Positions 53,062 to 64,000 of a DNA stretch of 64,000 nucleotides are shown here, in pieces. Position 1 is the first letter of the stretch. Each line of letters starts with the position of its first letter. The notes below the pieces were generated by a model. That model had not been told where the DNA came from. It was given only the letters and a program-made list of their open reading frames with translations, and made no database searches. The stretch covers positions 33,862-97,861 of the forward strand of contig JAIDUV010000027.1 in the NCBI GenBank assembly GCA_029060025.1, read 5' to 3'. Made by a program: the position numbers and the translations under genes. Origin of the DNA: Clostridia bacterium (GTDB taxonomy: Bacteria > Bacillota > Clostridia > Christensenellales > UBA3700).

Positions 53062-53062
<1 letters not shown>
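51983..53062 (+). CDS. carA: Carbamoyl-phosphate synthase small subunit
   Basis: GEVVFTT.MTGY, LSNGPGNP, FGICIGHQ, GHRGGNQP, QNHGY, QFHPEA. Confidence 0.97.
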
Positions 53063-58712
<5,650 letters not shown>

Positions 58713-58730
58713 GTTCAAACAATTTGTTGA

Positions 58731-58770
58731 AAAAGAAAGAGAGTACATTTATATGCGCTCTCTTTTGTTA
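58731..58770 (+). terminator. Terminator after pyrG
   Basis: aagagagtacat...atgcgctctctt followed by T-rich tail. Confidence 0.65.
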
Positions 58771-59012
58771 TATCCCAACAACGGCGTATGTATGGTTTGT
58801 TTTAGGTATGTATTTTGATATTACGCTAACAAATGCAGAAATCATTGCGATTTTAAAGCGCATTTATTGTGTATCGGGATATAGTTGTATTTTAGCATAT
58901 TTGATTTATAAAAGTCAAGTTAATTTATATAACTAGTCAAATTTAGTATTCTATGTTTCCACTTTGGAAATACTATAATATAAATACAGTGTAATAGTTG
59001 GGGAGATATCGT

Positions 59013-59348
59013 ATGCTTGATTTGTCAGACGGAAGAGCAATCTATGAAAAAGTAAATAGATTGAGAGAAGAAAAAGGATGGACCATATATAAATTAGCGG
59101 AGGCAGCAGGCGTTTCGAAGGCGGCTTTATACAATTGGAGAGAAAAGGGGTCTATTCCGTCTTTAATTGTGCTTGATTCACTGTGCGGAGCATTTGAAAT
59201 CACAATCATTGATTTTCTTTTGGACGGAGACGAACTTATGTCTTTGACGCAAGAGCAAAAGACGCTTTTGGATGAATTGGGTACGTTGACTTCGTCACAG
59301 CGTAAGGCGCTGATAAATTTAGTCAGAGAATTTAAACGCAAAGACTGA
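59013..59348 (+). CDS. XRE-family HTH regulator
   Basis: LREEKGWTIYKLAEAAGVSKAALYNW...PSL..L..LC..FEIT; RBS GGGAG. Confidence 0.9.
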   Translation: MLDLSDGRAIYEKVNRLREEKGWTIYKLAEAAGVSKAALYNWREKGSIPSLIVLDSLCGAFEITIIDFLLDGDELMSLTQEQKTLLDELGTLTSSQRKALINLVREFKRKD

Positions 59349-59382
59349 TAAGTGACGCAAATCAAATTTTGAGCGTATAATA

Positions 59383-59418
59383 ATGGCAGTATAAATGATA
59401 TTTATACTGCCGTTTTTC
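59383..59418 (+). terminator. Terminator after the XRE gene
   Basis: ggcagtataaat-gat-atttatactgcc followed by a T run. Confidence 0.8.
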
Positions 59419-59507
59419 TTGACAATCGGTTATATCGGGGATAAAATATACTAAATACTTAGAATAATATAATATATTTATAATGATATATAAATGTGGA
59501 GGTAAAA

Positions 59508-61286
59508 ATGAAGACAGCAAAGAAATTTGCAATAGTTTGCATTATTGCAGTGATCTCGTTGATAGCGTTTGTCGCTTGCTTACCTGTGATGGGAGGCGGC
59601 AAGAGAGAGTATGACGAGCCGTATGACCTTGAGATAGAAGTGACTGCTACGACTATTAAATTTATTGACAATTATACGGAAACTTGTGTAAATGGAGAGG
59701 TTTTGGAATACCGTATTGAAGGCGGGGAGTGGCAAGACAGTCCTTTATTTGAAGACCTTAATCCAAATACTACTTATAACGTGTACGTTAGAGTTAAAGA
59801 AAATGACAATTATAAAGCAAGTAAGGAGCATAAGCAGGTTGCGACTACGTCAAAACTTACGCAAGGCGCTCCCAACGCGACTTATGAGTTGATAGAGAAG
59901 ACTGTCACTGTTCAAGCAGATTCAAATCTTGAATATTCTTTTGACGAAGGCGAGACTTACAGCGCAGAAAATAAACATACATATACCGAAAATGGCGAAA
60001 AAATAATTAAAGTAAGATATAAAGAGAGCGAAGATAAGTTTGTCGGAGAGGCGCAGGTAATCAAGATCAAAATTACCGATTATTACAGCGGCTCGGGAAC
60101 TGAAGAAGATCCTTATTTGATTAAGACAGAAGCGCATTTCAATGCTTTAAAAGACGAAAAATCCTACGATTCTTATTTTAAATTGATGAGTGACTTAGAC
60201 TTTGCATCAAAGACTTTCTATCCCGCAGATATAGGCGGATGTGTGTTTGACGCGGATAATCACACAATTAAAAATATAAATATTGAAAATGACGAGGATT
60301 TAAATTGCGTCGGGGTATTCGTTACTGTGGGTACCGTAAAAAATCTCGTACTAGAAAACGTTAATATAAATTATACCTGCCTTGGCGTATCTGCTGCGCC
60401 TAGCATAGGACTTATTGCAGGAATAGCACAAAATATAATAAATTGCAAAGCAAGCGGAGAGATAGCCGTAAAGAGCGAAAATTCTTACGCAAGAGTATCG
60501 GCCGGCGGTCTTGTCGGTACGGTTAGCGTTTGGAAAAGCGGTAGAAATAGATTGAATATAACAGACTCTTTCGCAGACTTTAAGTTTAGTTATAATTCTT
60601 CAGAAGATAAAGGCGCGAGCATAAAAGTAGGCGGTTTATTAGGAGAGTATGTCAATGCTATATATGACGCGCGCGATACCTTCTTGACCATTTCTAAATG
60701 CGTAGCAATCGTGGATATAGATTTATTGGGCGTAGGCAGCAGTAGCCAAGCAGCCGGTCTAGTCGGCTCGAATATGAAGGGTAAGATAGAGAATTGTTAT
60801 GCAAAAGGTTCTATAAATACAAGTGGTTTTATAAGTACTATGATGATAGGCGGTTTGATTGCGCAGACGCCAATCAGAACTGATTCAGACAACCATAGAT
60901 ACGGCAATGCAAGTATAGAATCGTGTTATGCTGATATGGATCTGTATGCTGACAGAACAAGGCAAGACGTACGTATCGGAGGTATTTCGTCCTTAATGCA
61001 AGCATTTGAAGAGCAGACCGTCAAGAATTGTTTCTTTACAGGCACGATTGCTGTATCAGAGGGAAGCAAGGCAGGTCTTATGGGCGCATTCACAACGTCT
61101 GTACTTTCTAATTATACGCAAGAGAATTGTTATCATTCCGACAACTTGGCAGAGCCTGTCGAGACTGAAGACACTACAGCGGTATCTGTAGCAACTATGA
61201 AGAGTGTTAATTGGCAGCGAGATACGCTGAAGTTCAGCGCGGATATTTGGAATTTTGTCGAGGGAGAATATCCTACGTTGAAATAA
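59508..61286 (+). CDS. Surface lipoprotein with Fn3-like and GLUG-motif domains
   Basis: Lipobox AFVAC; LNPNTTYNVYVR; GSGTEEDPYLI; GGLVG / IENCYAKG repeats; ends W...EGEYPTLK. Confidence 0.8.
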   Translation: MKTAKKFAIVCIIAVISLIAFVACLPVMGGGKREYDEPYDLEIEVTATTIKFIDNYTETCVNGEVLEYRIEGGEWQDSPLFEDLNPNTTYNVYVRVKENDNYKASKEHKQVATTSKLTQGAPNATYELIEKTVTVQADSNLEYSFDEGETYSAENKHTYTENGEKIIKVRYKESEDKFVGEAQVIKIKITDYYSGSGTEEDPYLIKTEAHFNALKDEKSYDSYFKLMSDLDFASKTFYPADIGGCVFDADNHTIKNINIENDEDLNCVGVFVTVGTVKNLVLENVNINYTCLGVSAAPSIGLIAGIAQNIINCKASGEIAVKSENSYARVSAGGLVGTVSVWKSGRNRLNITDSFADFKFSYNSSEDKGASIKVGGLLGEYVNAIYDARDTFLTISKCVAIVDIDLLGVGSSSQAAGLVGSNMKGKIENCYAKGSINTSGFISTMMIGGLIAQTPIRTDSDNHRYGNASIESCYADMDLYADRTRQDVRIGGISSLMQAFEEQTVKNCFFTGTIAVSEGSKAGLMGAFTTSVLSNYTQENCYHSDNLAEPVETEDTTAVSVATMKSVNWQRDTLKFSADIWNFVEGEYPTLK

Positions 61287-61308
61287 TAGTGTATGAATAG
61301 TCTATGAT

Positions 61309-61340
61309 CAAAGGAGTATGGCTTGCCATACTCCTTTTTG
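61309..61340 (+). terminator. Intrinsic terminator
   Basis: aaaggagtatggc-tt-gccatactccttt followed by T residues. Confidence 0.8.
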
Positions 61341-61481
61341 CACAACGAGACACTATAATCTGTAAAGTTGGTCTTGACAAAATCAAATTTAGTGATAAAA
61401 TAAATATATAAATCTTACTTATCACACTTTGAGTATATGGATAATATTATATATAGTCATTAAAGAAATACGGAGGAATAT

Positions 61482-62048
61482 ATGAGGAAAATCGTGGCTA
61501 TCGTAGGTGATAGCAAAATAGATAAAGACGGAGATAAATATAAGTTTGCGTTTTCGGTAGGTAAAGCGCTTATTGACAATGGATATCGCATACAGTCCGG
61601 CGGACTTGGCGGAGTTATGGAAGCGGCGTTTGCAGGAGCAAGGTCGTCGGAAAAATATCAAGACGGTGACACTATTGCCATCATTCCATCCTTTGACAGA
61701 AGTATGCACAATGAATATGCTGACATAGTCATATCCACAGGTCTTGATATGTTGAGAAATTCTATCGTTGCCAACGCGGACGCAGTTATTGCTATTGGCG
61801 GCGGAGCAGGTACTCTTTCGGAGATTGCTTTTGCTTGGCCTATGATGCGACTAATTATGGCTTGCAACTGCGTAGACGGTTGGAGCAGTAAAGTCGCGGA
61901 TATAAGAATGGACCAGAGAATACGTTATCCCGAGATTCCCGAAGATAAGGTGTACGGCGTGAGCAATGCCAATGAGGTGATAGAAATACTTGATAAGTAC
62001 GCGGATAAGTACACAAAATTTCATAAGGGTATCAAGTTTGGAATGTGA
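61482..62048 (+). CDS. LOG/SLOG-family protein (TIGR00725-like)
   Basis: SGGLGGVMEAA, RNSIV..ADAVIAIGGGAGTLSEI. Confidence 0.85.
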   Translation: MRKIVAIVGDSKIDKDGDKYKFAFSVGKALIDNGYRIQSGGLGGVMEAAFAGARSSEKYQDGDTIAIIPSFDRSMHNEYADIVISTGLDMLRNSIVANADAVIAIGGGAGTLSEIAFAWPMMRLIMACNCVDGWSSKVADIRMDQRIRYPEIPEDKVYGVSNANEVIEILDKYADKYTKFHKGIKFGM

Positions 62049-62059
62049 CACAAAATAAA

Positions 62060-62240
62060 TTGTCATTGACGCTCACTACGTCATCGCATATGCTTGCTCG
62101 CTATGCCGTCGCTTCGCTCCTTACGACTGGAGCGAAGCGCAATGGAGAAATCTTATACGGATAGAGATCTCTCCACTACGGTCGCAATGACAAATACTTT
62201 ATGTTACCTTGAGCGAAACAAAGTTAAGTAGAAAGGTCTC
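62060..62240. repeat. REP-like family I full palindrome with nested insert, plus an extra left half at 62202-62240
   Basis: ttgtcattg[insert]cgactggagcgaagcgcaatggagaaatct...agatctctccactacggtcgcaatgacaa. Confidence 0.8.
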
Positions 62241-62339
62241 AACAGGATAAAATATTATTTAACAACAATATAAAATATTGATAAATCTTTTTTGATGTGC
62301 TAAAATAAATAGGCAATAAAATTATTTTGGAGCGTAATT

Positions 62340-63545
62340 ATGCATAGCGTAAAGAAAATCAACGAAGATTTGTATTGGGTGGGCGTAAACGACCGCAAGA
62401 TTTCACTTTTTGAAAACGTATATCCAGTAGAGCGCGGTATGAGTTACAACTCATATCTCTTACTTGACGAAAAAACTGCGCTTTTTGATACGGTAGACAG
62501 CGTTGCCAGTCTGCAATTTTTGGAAAATGTCGACCACGTACTTGGCGGCAGAGACCTTGATTATCTCATAGTCAATCATATGGAGCCCGATCATTGCGCG
62601 AATATCGGCGCAATCGTTGAAAAATACCCACAAGTAAAAATCGTAGGAAATTTTAAGACCTTTACAATGATGTCACAATTTTTTGACTTTGACGTCGATT
62701 CTCGCAAGGTTGTTGTAAAAGAAGGTGATACTTTGAGCCTTGGCAAGCATAATTTGACTTTCGTTATGGCGCCTATGGTACACTGGCCAGAGGCTATGGT
62801 GACTTACGACACTGTCGACAAGGTGCTTTTCTCCGCTGACGCATTTGGCTCTTTTGGAGCAATGAGCGGAAATATTTTCGCAGACGAGTGCGATTTTGAA
62901 AATAAATGGATAGACGACGCAAGACGTTATTATACAAATATCGTAGGTAAATACGGAGTGCAAGTGACAAATCTTTTGAAGAAGGCTAGTACACTTGAAA
63001 TCTCCAAAATCTGTCCTTTGCACGGTCCTGTTTGGAGAAAAGATATAGGATATATACTTGACAAGTATACAAAGTGGGCAAGTTATACGCCCGAGGAGAA
63101 AGGCGCGCTTATCGTATATGGATCTGTACACGGTCATACCGAGAACGCCGCTGAGATACTTGCAGGTCTGCTGGGTGACAGAGGCGTTGCAGGAATTGAA
63201 GTGCTCAATGCGTCAAATACTCATTATTCAAAGATAATATCAGAGTGCTTTAAGCGTTCGCATATCGTCTTTGCGTGCGCAACTTACAATATGTCATTGT
63301 TCCCTCCAATGCAGACGGCTTTGCACGAACTTGCTGAACATAATTTGCAAAATAGGTCTTTTGCTTTTATAGAAAACGGCACTTGGACTCCCGCAAGCGC
63401 AAAACTTATGAGCGAAATTCTTGAAAAACTCAAAAATAATAAGATTATTGAGCCCAAAGTCACTGTAAAGTCGGCTTTGAATGAAGAAAGTTATGCTGCG
63501 CTCGTAACGCTTGCTGACGCTATTGCAGCCGATTTAAAAGCGTAA
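62340..63545 (+). CDS. fprA: Flavodiiron protein (A-type flavoprotein)
   Basis: SYNSYL, NHMEPDH, HWPE, SADAFG, PLHGP; C-terminal flavodoxin domain. Confidence 0.92.
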   Translation: MHSVKKINEDLYWVGVNDRKISLFENVYPVERGMSYNSYLLLDEKTALFDTVDSVASLQFLENVDHVLGGRDLDYLIVNHMEPDHCANIGAIVEKYPQVKIVGNFKTFTMMSQFFDFDVDSRKVVVKEGDTLSLGKHNLTFVMAPMVHWPEAMVTYDTVDKVLFSADAFGSFGAMSGNIFADECDFENKWIDDARRYYTNIVGKYGVQVTNLLKKASTLEISKICPLHGPVWRKDIGYILDKYTKWASYTPEEKGALIVYGSVHGHTENAAEILAGLLGDRGVAGIEVLNASNTHYSKIISECFKRSHIVFACATYNMSLFPPMQTALHELAEHNLQNRSFAFIENGTWTPASAKLMSEILEKLKNNKIIEPKVTVKSALNEESYAALVTLADAIAADLKA

Positions 63546-63561
63546 ACATCAGAAATCCAAT

Positions 63562-63597
63562 AAAAAAACGTCTGCTACTTAATGCAGGCGTTTTTAT
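63562..63597 (+). terminator. Terminator after fprA
   Basis: aaacgtctgc...gcaggcgttttt. Confidence 0.75.
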
Positions 63598-63743
63598 TTA
63601 TCCAAATTTTTGTACAATTGCAAAAATTTACAAAAAAACAGTGTCATATAGACGAACTTTGGCAAAATTATTTTAATTTGCTATTGAAATGCGCTTCGAT
63701 AGTTGTTATAATAAAAACATAAGTAAGGGTAAGGAGGGCAGTT

Positions 63744-64000
63744 ATGGAAAATCAAAAAGAAAGTTTTGTAACTATTACAAAGCACGCAATAAGCAGAATA
63801 AAGCAAAGAATTGGCATAAAAAACAGCCGAGGACAAATTGATATTGCCGAAAATGCTTTTCGTTTTGGCGTTCGCTGTGACGACGCAGTCGGAGCAGAGC
63901 GTAAGTATATCGAGAGCCGCATTAAGGACGAGCCTGAATATGCAAACAGAGATATAAGACTGTATAGAGACATATTGTTTGTCTTTGTTCATAACAGGTT
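63744..64000 (+). CDS. Hypothetical protein, 3'-truncated by the window edge (not in the ORF track)
   Basis: Strong RBS AAGGAGG; MENQKESFVTITKHAISRIKQRIGIK... remains open to the end of the window. Confidence 0.7.
   Translation, partial: MENQKESFVTITKHAISRIKQRIGIKNSRGQIDIAENAFRFGVRCDDAVGAERKYIESRIKDEPEYANRDIRLYRDILFVFVHNR

Noticed and set aside
63681-63992. Minus-strand 103-aa ORF at the window end
   Set aside because: It is antisense to the + strand ORF at 63744, which has a strong RBS and upstream promoter.

Overview
Chromosomal window from a low-GC Firmicute, probably a Clostridia-like gut anaerobe (inferred from sigma-A promoters, gene content and Firmicute-type lipoproteins). About 50 genes are present. 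The first 35 kb holds carbohydrate genes (GH13, GH3, GH29, GH2, GPH-type MFS, GT2), mscL, a ComF-family gene, two tRNAs (Asn-GTT, Arg-ACG), a MarR/MATE pair, an Lsa-type ABC-F resistance gene with a uORF attenuator, a DUF1538/P-II-like operon and small accessory genes. At 35-41 kb there is a two-component system whose regulator carries an exact in-frame 192-bp duplication, and an ApgM phosphoglycerate mutase fused to a TM helix and a large extracellular domain. At 41-59 kb there is a glutamine super-cluster: purF, GS type III, split GOGAT gltB1/B2/B3, a degenerate GS type I, an ANTAR protein, carA, a carB-dapF fusion and pyrG. The best candidate for an undescribed system is a catalytically degenerate GS-I paired with a non-phosphorylatable ANTAR antiterminator, with an ANTAR-type hairpin overlapping a terminator in the leader of the intact GSIII gene. 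Other signals are a stand-alone ~78-nt sRNA with an anti-Shine-Dalgarno motif, nested REP-like repeats, leaderless genes and apparent CATG avoidance. No CRISPR array, integrase, transposase or rRNA was seen. All family calls are from motif recognition by eye, not database searches.
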